From assembly GCA_963669175.1 (NCBI GenBank), contig OY769902.1, positions 4,608,001 to 4,672,000 on the forward strand: a DNA stretch of 64,000 bases, in the 5' to 3' direction. Position numbers and translations under genes: made by a program. Positions 11,092 through 21,590 of this stretch are shown here, one piece after another; the stretch's first letter is position 1, and each line of letters starts with the position of its first letter. The notes under the pieces were generated by a model that saw nothing but the letters and a program-made list of their open reading frames with translations, searched no databases and was not told the DNA's origin. This DNA comes from a bacterium (lineage in GTDB: Bacteria; Electryoneota; Electryoneia; Electryoneales; Electryoneaceae).

Positions 11092-11120
11092 TTGACTCGC
11101 AATTATTATTACACCATCTT
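11092..11120 (+). promoter_or_regulatory. Possible sigma70 promoter
   Basis: TTGACT-17 nt-CATCTT in AT-rich context upstream of a hairpin cluster. Confidence 0.35.
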
Positions 11121-11126
11121 AGAAAT

Positions 11127-11325
11127 AGTTGCCGTAGGAAACAGCAACGCGAAAGCAAGAAGTACTGGCTGATGTATATGGCCAGAGCGCCCCACTGGGG
11201 TGCATGGAACAGCCGTGTTTCCCTTCCTCCTTAGCAACACGGCTGTTCTGCCCATCGGACGATGCGCCCCCGTCCGATTCATTCTCCCTGCCCGGCATGG
11301 ATCGCAGCCATTGCCGGGTATTTTG
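11127..11325 (+). ncRNA. Candidate structured small RNA of five consecutive hairpins, no known family recognised
   Basis: Stems at 11165-85, 11187-203, 11207-48 (13 bp perfect), 11254-78 and 11290-319 followed by a T-tract; no credible ORF. Confidence 0.4.
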
Positions 11326-11442
11326 CTCTCGTTTTCGGATTCTTCTTCTTCAATTCACGCCTGGTTTGGCCCGACTGCTTGCTGTCGGATTTCAACCGTA
11401 TATCACGAGTGTCATCTCACTGGCCTATGTGTGTTACTGACG

Positions 11443-11657
11443 AATCATCGCGAAAAGGGGACGGGATCCTTTTCCGCGCATTGATATCACACTCTGTGAA
11501 AAAAGGGGATGGAAAAGGAAACTGTACCCTTTTCGGTGTGAGGATTCTTCAACTGCTCATCTCACCGGCAAATGGGGACAGCCACCTTTTCGAATTCCTG
11601 CATCACGGAACAACTCATCACCGCACAACGAAAAGGAAACAGTCCCCATTTGCTGCC
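11443..11657. repeat. ~215-bp direct repeat, copy 1 (four REP-like palindromes)
   Basis: Near-identical to 13035-13248; contains aaaaggggacgggatcctttt, aaaaggaaactgtaccctttt, aaatggggacagccacctttt, aaaaggaaacagtccccattt. Confidence 0.9.
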
Positions 11658-11681
11658 GGTTTATTCTCGTGTCCAGACTCC

Positions 11682-12887
11682 TCAACGAATGAGCAATACT
11701 TGCCTGGTTTGCACACTTTCACCGGTCACGTAATAGCTGCCCGTGGGCAAATCCTGCAAATCCAGGGTAAAAATGGTATTAGCCTGAGCTGGCAGCCACC
11801 GCACCTGACGGCCAAGCTGGTTGAACAGTGACAGCCCGGTTGATCCGCCGTGTATACAAATACTGATTTGCCCGTTGGTGGGATTGGGCCAGGCATCCAG
11901 TACGATGGTTGGGGGCAACTCAGGTTCGGTTTGGTCCGGCACAGATGAGGGATTGTGCCAGTATTCCCAGGTTTCACCATAGTCCGAAGTAAACAGGATT
12001 TCAAAACTGTTGGGAATACCGTAGTAATAGGGACCATACCAAAGCAACACCATCTGCCCCGGTCCCCAACCGGGATACAGGTTCAGCACCCAGTCGTTGT
12101 TCACGGAATGCTGCATGAACCGGTTGGTCAGGGTCCAGGTGGCGCCCCAATCTGTAGACACATAGAGGTTTTGGGTATAAAAAGACACAAGGTACAGTTC
12201 ACCCGGCGCATAACCGGGAAACACCCACCCACGCATGTCTTCTGAAGGTATATCCAGGCTCCAAGACACTAATGCATAATTATTGGAATAGTCGTCTGAA
12301 ACCAAAACAACTGTTGTGTCACTATTTGTGTCACATACATAGAGATGTTGTCCATTTTGCCACCCGGCGCAATAATCAATAGCATGAGTTCCCTCAAGAC
12401 CATTCCGTTCAGCTATATAAGTCGTCCTAAGCGTATCAAAAGACCACCAATATATACTGTACAAGAACACTAACGAATCTGAATCCGGCATCAGGTTCCA
12501 TGCACTGTACAGTGGCTCGCTTGAAATCCCGGTATTTTGAAGTGAATCGACACCGGATGTGGTCTTATAAAAGGTTGTATCTTCGCCTAACGAGTGTACC
12601 CAGATACTATTGGATTGTGGATGTGCATCTACACCACAACTTCCAGCGAATCCTAAAGGTAATGAAAATGTTTGTGCATAATCATCGGTATGAACCAGCA
12701 CTAGATGAAAGACGGAATCACTGGTCACAGAAAAATATAATTCTCCTTCATCTGGCCCAACCGTAAGTAAATTCCAAATTTTTGCATGTGCTGGTAAAGT
12801 AATGACACTTATCAAGATAGAAACAATACATACCACGTACAGTCCCATAAGTATCAGGTATTTGTGTTTGTGGCGTGCAGCGTTCAT
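11682..12887 (-). CDS. Secreted protein with BNR/Asp-box repeats and T9SS-type CTD
   Basis: N-terminal signal/TM segment; STDWGATW and TSDYGETW; C-terminal WPNPTNG...LGRQV...GSYYV. Confidence 0.75.
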   Translation of the reverse strand: MNAARHKHKYLILMGLYVVCIVSILISVITLPAHAKIWNLLTVGPDEGELYFSVTSDSVFHLVLVHTDDYAQTFSLPLGFAGSCGVDAHPQSNSIWVHSLGEDTTFYKTTSGVDSLQNTGISSEPLYSAWNLMPDSDSLVFLYSIYWWSFDTLRTTYIAERNGLEGTHAIDYCAGWQNGQHLYVCDTNSDTTVVLVSDDYSNNYALVSWSLDIPSEDMRGWVFPGYAPGELYLVSFYTQNLYVSTDWGATWTLTNRFMQHSVNNDWVLNLYPGWGPGQMVLLWYGPYYYGIPNSFEILFTSDYGETWEYWHNPSSVPDQTEPELPPTIVLDAWPNPTNGQISICIHGGSTGLSLFNQLGRQVRWLPAQANTIFTLDLQDLPTGSYYVTGESVQTRQVLLIR

Positions 12888-13034
12888 GGAGGATCTCCCT
12901 GATAGCGGGATCAAAAAACAGGATCCGTCAGCGTAACATATTACACTGATAATAGATCAAAATACTCAGGTATCGCTTTGTATTCCAGTGTCGGACAACT
13001 GTTTTGCAACTTCGGAACTGGGGAGCTACCACAA

Positions 13035-13248
13035 AATCATCGCGAAAAGGGGACGGGATCCTTTTCCCCGCATCGATATCAAACACTGTGAAAAAGGGGA
13101 TGGAAAAGGAAACTGTACCCTTTTCGGTGTGAGGATTCATCAACTGCTCATCTCACCGGCAAATGGGGACAGCCACCTTTTCGAATTCCTGCATCACGGA
13201 ACAACTCATCACCGCGCAACGAAAAGGAAACAGTCCCCATTTGCTGCC
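13035..13248. repeat. ~215-bp direct repeat, copy 2
   Basis: Near-identical to 11443-11657. Confidence 0.9.
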
Positions 13249-13397
13249 AGCGATTGTATCAGTTCTGACAAGTATCCCGACTTGCTCATCTGGCGTATCG
13301 CAAGAGACAGATTCACTATCATTGCCGATATTTCAATAAGATCACACAACACACTCGGCAAGTCGGGCCACACCACCGAGTCTCAACGCACTATAAT

Positions 13398-15968
13398 TCA
13401 GTTGTTTACCTTCACCACCAGCATGGTCAGGTCATCCCCAAGCGGTGTGTCGCCACGGAACCGGTCCACATCTTCCTTGATCAGGGTGATCAGGGTTTCC
13501 GGCGATTCGTTGCGTCGCTCCACCAGGAAATCCGCAAGCGTATCTTCTCCATACATCTCCCCCGTGGCATTCTCCGCTTCGGTGACACCATCGGTAAAGG
13601 TGGTCAGCAGATCCCCTTCCGTCATCTGAAGCTCGCCCACCGCATAGGGGAATTGCGGGACCACACCAAGAAGCGGACCGCCCGTCTCCAGCAGCTCAAC
13701 GTCCCCATTGGCATGAATGAGAATCGGGGGATTATGCCCGGCATTCACATAGTGAAGCTGTTTTGTATCAGGTGTATATATCGCAGCAAAGTAGGTCACA
13801 AACTGTTCGGAGGATGTGGCCCTTGCGACAAGGTTGTTCAGGCGGGTGACAGTGGTCTCGATGGGCAAATCCGCCTCGGACAGGGCACGCAGCGAGGCCT
13901 GTAGATTCGCCATGATCATTGCCGCTCCGGCGCCCTTCCCGGAAACGTCACCGATGGCAAACAGGGTACGACTATCTGACAACGGCACCACATCATAGGT
14001 ATCCCCCGCTACCTCAAGACTGAACTTGCATTCCGCGGCCAGGGAAAGCCCCGGAGTTTCGCCCAGTTCGGAGGGCAGGAAACGACGTTGCACTGTACGC
14101 GCCATGGCGAGCTGTTCTTCCAGCCTGCGTTTCTCCAGGTTATCCTCGATCAGTTGCAGGTTCTCGTTTTCCAAAGCGATACGTTCGGTGATTGACGTCA
14201 GGATATCCAGCTCATCGGCCTTGATTTCGTCGTACCCATATTCGAATCCCAAGGCCAGCGCGCCGACCAGGTCACCGTGCAGCTTGATCGGGATCAGAAT
14301 CGAGACTTCATTTTCCTCGAACCACTGCTGTTCTTCCGTGGAGATGCCCTGTTTTTCAATCGCACGGATTTCTTCGAACGCGAGCGGACGTGGGCGCTTG
14401 ATCAGTTCGCGTTGCGTGGTACTGCCTTCCGGGAGCGCACGGATTTCACCTTCCGACGGATGAAGCTGACGTTGATCCTGGTCGAATAGCAGAACATACA
14501 TGCCTTTCACGCCGATATTGGCGCGCAACTGATCACCGTACGCTTCCCACAGCTCTTTACGATTATGGTATCGTGCAGCGGTGGCGACAAAGCTTTCCAA
14601 CATCTGGCGCAGTTTCCAGCGGGTACGGAAGATGCGTTTCTCCAGGCGTTTCTGGATAATATTGTGCAGGGGGATGTACAGGACAGCGATAAAGCTCGCT
14701 AACAGCATGATACTGGATTTGCTTTCAATCCCGATAGCATTTACCAGCGACGTTCCGACGATGAACAGGAGTATAAATACGGCGAAAAGCAAGCCGCCGC
14801 TGGTCATCAGGAAGATGATACCACGTTTGATCCGTCCTTCCACTTCGAGCAACCGGTACTTGGTGAAAGCATAGGCAAACCCGAGTGGAATCAGCATCAT
14901 GCTTGCCAGCATCAGCAGGAAACTGATCAGAATCATTGCTTTGGAAGGATCTTCCCCGAGTGCGCTGAAACCGAGGATCGTACCGAACACGGTCATCAGC
15001 ACCATCCCAAGCCCGACACTTTGCAGCAGCACACGGACCTGACGTTTCTCCATCGGATCTTTGCGCGTGGAAACGTTGTTGATCATGACAACGAAACCGG
15101 CAATCAACTGCAATAACCCTATTCCCATGGATATGATAATTGTTGTCGCACTGTACTTTGCAACCATCAGTGAAGTAAAGAAAGCCCCTTGAATGAGCGT
15201 TGGGACAAACACCCCGTACGCCAACAACAGGACCAGCCATTTGCGTTTTTTGTAAAAAGCAGACGGTGACGGAAAGAGAAAAGCCAGGTGCAACCAGAAA
15301 CCGGTACCTAATGCGGATAGCATCAACGCGGGTGTATTGTACGCGGTAAACTGGAAACCGGGCGCTTCATTGGGTGGAATGCCCATTAAGCCACACTTCA
15401 TGCCAATGGTAGAACTCTCAAGGACTACCCCGATCACAACAGCAATCGACAGGATCATCAGGGTCAGCACACGTACCCCGGTATTGGAGCCTTGCTTGAA
15501 CAAGGCCCAAAATGCAACGACAAAAAAGGGTATGGGCAGACAGGCCAACAGGACAAAAATGAAGATCACTTTATCTACAGGAATATTCCGGAATTGAAGC
15601 GTTGTATCCCTGAGTTGACCATCGCGTAACGTGGTTATTGAAACGGTATCATCAGCCGTATGGGCCGCTTTGAATACGGTTTGTACAATTTCCTCATTTA
15701 CCTCTGAGTTATTGACGGCAACCAGCGTATCTCCAATCTGGGGGAGATACCCCTCTTTAAATTCCTTTTCCCGCACATGATTGATTATCCATGTTGTAGA
15801 ATCCGGAGAAGGTTTGGCGTTTGTACGCAGATAGCTTACATCTCGAAGCGGAGTTAACAAGGAAATCGAAGTGGAGAAAGTATACAGCCATTCCGCTACT
15901 GCGTAGACCAATACCAGCCAGACCATAACTTGTATCATTCGGTCAAACGACTTCTTCCACGTGTTCAT
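13398..15968 (-). CDS. Membrane SpoIIE/RsbU-family PP2C phosphatase (PDZ-like, multi-TM and GAF-like regions)
   Basis: VAGDTYD, IGDVSGKG, YVNAGHNPP, FTDGVTEA, DDLT; multiple TM helices; AGGAG RBS. Confidence 0.9.
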   Translation of the reverse strand: MNTWKKSFDRMIQVMVWLVLVYAVAEWLYTFSTSISLLTPLRDVSYLRTNAKPSPDSTTWIINHVREKEFKEGYLPQIGDTLVAVNNSEVNEEIVQTVFKAAHTADDTVSITTLRDGQLRDTTLQFRNIPVDKVIFIFVLLACLPIPFFVVAFWALFKQGSNTGVRVLTLMILSIAVVIGVVLESSTIGMKCGLMGIPPNEAPGFQFTAYNTPALMLSALGTGFWLHLAFLFPSPSAFYKKRKWLVLLLAYGVFVPTLIQGAFFTSLMVAKYSATTIIISMGIGLLQLIAGFVVMINNVSTRKDPMEKRQVRVLLQSVGLGMVLMTVFGTILGFSALGEDPSKAMILISFLLMLASMMLIPLGFAYAFTKYRLLEVEGRIKRGIIFLMTSGGLLFAVFILLFIVGTSLVNAIGIESKSSIMLLASFIAVLYIPLHNIIQKRLEKRIFRTRWKLRQMLESFVATAARYHNRKELWEAYGDQLRANIGVKGMYVLLFDQDQRQLHPSEGEIRALPEGSTTQRELIKRPRPLAFEEIRAIEKQGISTEEQQWFEENEVSILIPIKLHGDLVGALALGFEYGYDEIKADELDILTSITERIALENENLQLIEDNLEKRRLEEQLAMARTVQRRFLPSELGETPGLSLAAECKFSLEVAGDTYDVVPLSDSRTLFAIGDVSGKGAGAAMIMANLQASLRALSEADLPIETTVTRLNNLVARATSSEQFVTYFAAIYTPDTKQLHYVNAGHNPPILIHANGDVELLETGGPLLGVVPQFPYAVGELQMTEGDLLTTFTDGVTEAENATGEMYGEDTLADFLVERRNESPETLITLIKEDVDRFRGDTPLGDDLTMLVVKVNN

Positions 15969-16177
15969 CAACCGGCTCCTTGTGTACTATCGCGAGTAGT
16001 GAAATGGATCACTTCACGATTCCCCAGGTTCAACATGCTGCATCATTATTTCTTTCCAATGAGATTCACAAATTCTCGAACCATGCCATGGTACGTATTT
16101 TAATACCAGCATAACAATTGTTGATTACGAATATGACTGTTAACTTTTGCAAGATTCATACCCCAACCGGAGAAGGC

Positions 16178-16855
16178 ATGAGCAGCTACTACCTGGACCT
16201 GTCAAAAATATCCCTTGTAGCGTTTCAACAGGAACTTGCCACGGGCGAACTGATGTCCGGCAGACGTGTGCTGAAAGAGGAGATTGACGACCGCTTTGAC
16301 ATACTCGAAAATACCGGGATCACCACCCTTCAAGACCTTGTATCGGCGGTGAGTACGAAGAATAAAACAGAAAGCTTGGCAACCCAAACCGGCATTCCTT
16401 TAGAGTACCTCGTTGTATTAGGACGAGAGGCCAGGAGTCGTGTTCCCAAGCCCGTTGCCCTGGCAAAAATACCGGGGAGCAGTCCTGATGAGATAACCAT
16501 CCTGGCGGCCAATGGAATAAAGAATACCAAGCAGTTGTTCGATCAAGCCGCAGAAAAGGCCAATCGTGTCCATCTTGCCAGACAAACCGGCCTGCCTGAA
16601 CCTGTGCTACTGAGTTGGGCACGCCTGGCTGATTTTGCACGCATCAATGGTGTCGGCCCGGTCTTCATCCGTATCCTGGCCGAAACGGGGATTCCTTCCC
16701 TTGACGCCCTGGCGAAGATGGATGCAGAGAAACTATTCAACGAGGTAAAAATCACCTATTACCACCTGGGTTACACCAATGCCAACTTCACGGTCAAAGA
16801 CATGGCGATGTGCATTGAAATAGCAGCACAATTGCCTCATACATTGGAAGAATAA
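16178..16855 (+). CDS. DUF4332-like helix-hairpin-helix protein
   Basis: LADFARINGVGP..RILAETGI.SL..LA pattern. Confidence 0.7.
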   Translation: MSSYYLDLSKISLVAFQQELATGELMSGRRVLKEEIDDRFDILENTGITTLQDLVSAVSTKNKTESLATQTGIPLEYLVVLGREARSRVPKPVALAKIPGSSPDEITILAANGIKNTKQLFDQAAEKANRVHLARQTGLPEPVLLSWARLADFARINGVGPVFIRILAETGIPSLDALAKMDAEKLFNEVKITYYHLGYTNANFTVKDMAMCIEIAAQLPHTLEE

Positions 16856-16932
16856 AGGCTTTCCGGATTAGCATTCTTAAGGTCTGATCGCGTATGTTTG
16901 AAAATCAGGCCATTTTTAGCGAGGGAATCAGG

Positions 16933-17748
16933 ATGCGTAAAAAAGAAGCGTTGACTGGCTGGCGATACCGTCTGCACGAAATCATCTTCGAGGCAGATAC
17001 TCCCGCAGGCAAAGCTTTTGATATCGCGCTGATCCTGGTCATTATCCTCAGCACCCTGACCGTAATGCTGGAAAGCGTCGGTTCGATCAACGCCCACTAT
17101 GGCAAGTATATCCGCATTACAGAATGGGTAATCACCATTCTGTTTTCCGTTGAATACATCTTGCGGCTTATCTGTGTCGGACGTCCGGCTCGCTACGCCT
17201 TCAGTTTCTTTGGTGTGGTTGATCTGCTGGCAGTCATCCCAACCTATCTCTCACTGGTTTTCCCCGGCGGTCAATACTTTGCTGTCATTCGCGCCCTGCG
17301 CCTGCTGCGCGTGTTCCGTGTCCTGAAACTGGCTCTTTATCTGCGTGAAGGTGAAGTGTTGTTGCGTGCACTGGTGGCCAGCCGTAGAAAGATTATCGTC
17401 TTCCTGTTCGGTGTGATCACCCTTGTCTTTATGCTGGGATCTGTGATGTACCTGGTGGAAGGTGCGCAGTCCGGGTTTACCTCGATACCACGTTCCGTAT
17501 ATTGGGCAATTGTAACCCTGACCACTGTTGGTTACGGTGACATAGCGCCAGTCACACCACTTGGCCAGTTTATCGCAGCGATCATCATGATCATGGGTTA
17601 CGCCATCATCGCCGTACCCACCGGGATCGTGTCGGTTGAACTTGCACGGGAAGCGCGTGAGGTTTCCACACAGGTCTGCCCTTCCTGCCTGCGTGAGGGC
17701 CACGATCCCGATGCGGTTCATTGCAAATGGTGTGGTGAGAAGCTGTAG
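16933..17748 (+). CDS. Voltage-gated potassium channel (ion transporter)
   Basis: S4 segment RALRLLRVFRVLK; selectivity filter TLTTVGYGD; C-terminal CxxC..H..CxxC. Confidence 0.92.
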   Translation: MRKKEALTGWRYRLHEIIFEADTPAGKAFDIALILVIILSTLTVMLESVGSINAHYGKYIRITEWVITILFSVEYILRLICVGRPARYAFSFFGVVDLLAVIPTYLSLVFPGGQYFAVIRALRLLRVFRVLKLALYLREGEVLLRALVASRRKIIVFLFGVITLVFMLGSVMYLVEGAQSGFTSIPRSVYWAIVTLTTVGYGDIAPVTPLGQFIAAIIMIMGYAIIAVPTGIVSVELAREAREVSTQVCPSCLREGHDPDAVHCKWCGEKL

Positions 17749-17801
17749 AATAAAAACGCCTCCCGGATGGAAGGCGTGGAAAAATCGATGCTGGAATTCT
17801 C

Positions 17802-18209
17802 TTACCGCAGCGTCATCATCTGCTCTTCATCCATTACCTGCCATTGTGATTCATTGAAACCGACAATGACCAGGTGCAGCGGTCCGATCTCAGGTGCAGA
17901 GGTGGTAAAGGCCTGCTGTAACTTGTCACGGAACAAATCCTGATGTGCGATGATCTGGCTTTTTGGAACCTGACGCGAAACTTCGCTAACCGCTTCATCC
18001 AGTTTCGCCAGTGTCTTGCCGTTGACCGCTGGCGCATCCGGCGCGATCATCAGCAATACCACATCCAACGCTGTGGCGTCTGAATAACGAATCTGGTAAT
18101 CGAGCTTGATCGGCGCTTCATTATGCGTCATCTGCATGGAGGCCGAGCAACCCACGGAAAAAACCGCGGCTATCGCAGCAAGCAGCACGAAGTGCATGAT
18201 CTTTTTCAT
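17802..18209 (-). CDS. Hypothetical lipoprotein
   Basis: MKKIMHF..., lipobox SVGC, GGAGG RBS. Confidence 0.65.
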   Translation of the reverse strand: MKKIMHFVLLAAIAAVFSVGCSASMQMTHNEAPIKLDYQIRYSDATALDVVLLMIAPDAPAVNGKTLAKLDEAVSEVSRQVPKSQIIAHQDLFRDKLQQAFTTSAPEIGPLHLVIVGFNESQWQVMDEEQMMTLR

Positions 18210-18270
18210 GATTCGGCCCTCCAGTCTGGTTCTGCGGCGAGGCGCTTTCCCTCACCTGATATAAATATAT

Positions 18271-18534
18271 CGCTAACACTGTCCTAACACAAGTCTAACA
18301 ATCCAAACAACACTCCCCCATCTTACTGTTCTACAATAAGTTAGTATATACTATTGTTAGGACATTAATGAGTGCTTGACAATAACAACACGAGTAGACT
18401 ACCCCACAATCAATTATTATTCAACCACTTAGACCTCTAAGACAAAGATTATTTGGCTAAACCCTTTGGCCCCCAACGACAACTTGTAACTCTGACACTT
18501 CTGCTGATCCTGTTTTGTTAGGATTGTGTTAGCG
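18271..18534. repeat. 264-bp segment with 22-bp imperfect terminal inverted repeats and several CTAACA motifs (MITE-like or operator array)
   Basis: cgctaacactgtcctaacacaa vs reverse complement of 18513-18534, cgctaacacaatcctaacaaaa; TAT on both flanks. Confidence 0.5.
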
Positions 18535-18844
18535 TATGATTAATAGCGGGTTAACGATTTCCGGTAATCCTTCGTATTACACCCTCATGGGCTTTCTGAT
18601 CATTTTCCTAACAATTCAAAAACAGAGACCGGTATCCGAAAATCCGTCTCTCTTTCACATACTTTAGCTGAAGCCTAACATTCCTCACCCGATGCTTCGC
18701 CGGATACTTTACAATTTCCTTCTGATATTAATAGGTAAGAGCACACCCGGGGGAGGAGCTCCCGGTTTGCTGTCTGCATACTGGGTTCGTACCTTACAGG
18801 ATTGCTTGCTGACCATTTTTTGTTGCAACTACGAGGATAGCACC

Positions 18845-21538
18845 ATGAGGTACGTGTGGCCAATTCTGCTTGGTCTGGTCATCGCTACATCTGTTTGGGC
18901 AGGTGTGCCGAACCGCGACTACGTTGATGGCGTTTTACTGGTCCGTTTTGCGGATGATGTCGAGATTCTTTCCAGCACTGACGGCAGTATGACCGTCGGT
19001 GATGCTACGATTGATCACTTGCTCAAGCGTTTTAATGTAAAGTCCTGGGAGCCTTTCTTCGGTCCCTACATCATTCAGAACGAAGAGTATCGTTACCAGA
19101 CCCGGAATGACATCAAGTTCTGGTTCCCTGAAGGTAGCGACATGGAACTGATCACTGCCGAGTTCATGCAGAGTGAATTTATTGCGTACGCCTGCCCGGA
19201 TTTACTGTTCCGTTGGAGTTATGAGCCCGACGATCCGAGTTATGCGTCCCAGTGGTGGCTTCGTTCGATTGACGCGCCGGACATCTGGGATTACACCAAA
19301 GGCGAAGCGACTATCCTGGTTGTTCCGATCGACTCCGGTGTCGATTTTAATCACCCTGACCTGATCGACAACATCTGGGTCAATCCGGGTGAAGATCTTG
19401 ATGACAACCACTACCCTGTCGATACGCTGATGGGCTTCACCGACCTGCCCGGTACATCCGGTGACTGGGACCAGTTGGACAATGATGGCAACGGTTTCAT
19501 CAACGATTATATCGGCTGGGACTGGGTAAACGGCGCCAGTGATGCACATCCGAACGAGGATGGCTCCACGCCGGACAACAACCCGATGGACTTCGGCGGC
19601 CACGGCACCGGCGTGAGCGCTGCTATGGCTGAAGTCGGCGATAACGGTATTGGTGGCGCAGGTGTCGCGTACAACTGCAAAATCATGGCGACACGTTGCG
19701 GCTATTCGGATCGTGACAACAATGGCTACACCCAGTTGAGCGCAGCGGCAGCAGGACTCGCTTATGCGGTTGACAATGGCGCAACCATCGCCAACATGTC
19801 TTTCGGCGGCTATTCCCAGACCACATTTATGGACAACGCCTGCCAGAATGCCTGGAACAATGGCATGCTCCTGTTTGGAGCGGCAGGCAACGAAGCTGTA
19901 AGCAACATGAGCTACCCGGCCAACTACGATAATGTCATCTCGGTAGCGGCTGTAGATAACAACGGCGCACGTTCCTACTTCTCCAACTGGGGCAACTGGG
20001 TTGACATTGCCGCCCCGGGTGAAAGCTGCTTTACCGCATGGTTTGACGACACTTATGACACCTGGCAGGGCACGTCGGTAGCCAGCCCGATCGCAGCCGG
20101 TGTCGGCGCCCTCGTCGCAGGCTGGTATCCCAATGCCACTAACAGCGAGTGGGCCAACTATGTTATCAACACCACCACAGAGCTGAGCACTGATCATCCG
20201 GTCGGCTCCGGACAGGTGAACGCATACAACGCAGTCACCCAGTTCTACTGGCCGCAACTGACCATCGAAGAATGGTCCATGAGTGACCCGGATGGGAATG
20301 GTCACCCGGATGTCGGCGAAGAAATCGAAGTCAGGCTGACCGTATCCAATGAAGAAGGCTGGCAGGATGCCCTGCTGGCGTCTGCACGGATTGATTTCTC
20401 CCGTGCCGGTGTAAACTTCGGCAACCAGGAAATCCTGCTGGGTAACATTACCGGCGGTAGCGAAATTAACAACAACAGCAACCCGCTTACATTTACCGTT
20501 CCCGCGGGTGGCCTTGACGGCGAATTCAACATCTTCACGTTGACCGTTACCAGTATGCCGAACGATTACGAAATCGGCGTTTCCCAGAAGCTTATGCTTG
20601 GCACCCCGGAAGTGTTGTTTGTTGAAGATTGCGGCAACACGAACCTCGGCGACTTCATTGCAGAAAATCTGGATGCGAACTGGTACAACTACTACCGTTG
20701 GGATACAAACGAACTGGACAGTTCTCCCAGCGCTGATTACCTGCAGGACTATGACCTGGTGATCTGGATGACCGGTAATGAGACAGATCCCTTTACCACT
20801 GCTGATCAGACAGCCATCCAGACGGCCATGGACAACGGCGCAGACTTCTTCATCTTTGGTCAGACCATTGATGAACAGCTTGCCGGAACTGATTTTTATG
20901 CCAACTATCTGCATGCTCAGAGTACCGGCGAAACTGCGCAGGCCGCCCTGGCAATGATTCCTGATGCAGGTGGGCCTGACATCCCGGATGGTCAGCTTGT
21001 GCTGGTCGGCCCCGGTGGCGCTGGCAACAACAACAACCCGGACCCGATTACGCCGGTGAACGGCGCTGTTGCAAAGGCCACCTTCTTCAACAGCACGAAT
21101 GCCGGTATCATTTACTACGAAGGTAACGACACAAAGCTGGTCTACTGCCCCTTCGCCTTTGAAGCGATCAGTGGTGCCAACAACACGCTTACCCGTAGTG
21201 AGACCCTACTCGCGATCATGGAATGGTTTAACATTCAGGATACGCCTGAATTGAGCAGCGAGACGGTCATCCCCAGTTCCTGGGCGATCGAATCGGTGTA
21301 CCCGAACCCGTTCAACCCCAGCACCACCATCCGTGTCGCGGCTCCGGCTTCCGGAGATATGCAGGTACGCGTGTTTGACCTGCTGGGACGTGAAGTGGCG
21401 ACCCTGTTCAACGGTCGTGTGAATGCCGGTATGCACAACTTCACCTGGCAGGCCACCAACCAGGCCGCCGGTGTGTACTTTGCCGTCATGGAAGCCAATG
21501 GACACCGTGCCGTCAGCAAACTGACACTGGTCAAGTAA
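18845..21538 (+). CDS. S8 subtilisin-like serine peptidase with T9SS-type CTD (paralog of 1850-4573)
   Basis: Signal MRYVWPILLG; triad IDSG / GHGTG / GTSVA; YPNPFNP...GVYF. Confidence 0.9.
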   Translation: MRYVWPILLGLVIATSVWAGVPNRDYVDGVLLVRFADDVEILSSTDGSMTVGDATIDHLLKRFNVKSWEPFFGPYIIQNEEYRYQTRNDIKFWFPEGSDMELITAEFMQSEFIAYACPDLLFRWSYEPDDPSYASQWWLRSIDAPDIWDYTKGEATILVVPIDSGVDFNHPDLIDNIWVNPGEDLDDNHYPVDTLMGFTDLPGTSGDWDQLDNDGNGFINDYIGWDWVNGASDAHPNEDGSTPDNNPMDFGGHGTGVSAAMAEVGDNGIGGAGVAYNCKIMATRCGYSDRDNNGYTQLSAAAAGLAYAVDNGATIANMSFGGYSQTTFMDNACQNAWNNGMLLFGAAGNEAVSNMSYPANYDNVISVAAVDNNGARSYFSNWGNWVDIAAPGESCFTAWFDDTYDTWQGTSVASPIAAGVGALVAGWYPNATNSEWANYVINTTTELSTDHPVGSGQVNAYNAVTQFYWPQLTIEEWSMSDPDGNGHPDVGEEIEVRLTVSNEEGWQDALLASARIDFSRAGVNFGNQEILLGNITGGSEINNNSNPLTFTVPAGGLDGEFNIFTLTVTSMPNDYEIGVSQKLMLGTPEVLFVEDCGNTNLGDFIAENLDANWYNYYRWDTNELDSSPSADYLQDYDLVIWMTGNETDPFTTADQTAIQTAMDNGADFFIFGQTIDEQLAGTDFYANYLHAQSTGETAQAALAMIPDAGGPDIPDGQLVLVGPGGAGNNNNPDPITPVNGAVAKATFFNSTNAGIIYYEGNDTKLVYCPFAFEAISGANNTLTRSETLLAIMEWFNIQDTPELSSETVIPSSWAIESVYPNPFNPSTTIRVAAPASGDMQVRVFDLLGREVATLFNGRVNAGMHNFTWQATNQAAGVYFAVMEANGHRAVSKLTLVK

Positions 21539-21564
21539 CGCTTCCCTTTCTGCCTTGATTATTC

Positions 21565-21590
21565 AACCCGGCACGATTTCGTGCCGGGTT
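21565..21590 (+). terminator. Terminator hairpin, identical to 29532-29557
   Basis: aacccggcacgatttcgtgccgggtt followed by tt. Confidence 0.8.

Noticed and set aside
11262-13629. ORFs 11262-11831 and 12988-13629 sharing a peptide (KGDGKGNCTLFGVRI...)
   Set aside because: They are translations of the 215-bp non-coding repeat and overlap real genes on the opposite strand.
19202-20914. 570-aa antisense ORF (similar ones at 44260-45249, 47704-48591 and 54489-55439)
   Set aside because: Shadow ORFs opposite well-supported, codon-biased genes, with no recognisable motifs.
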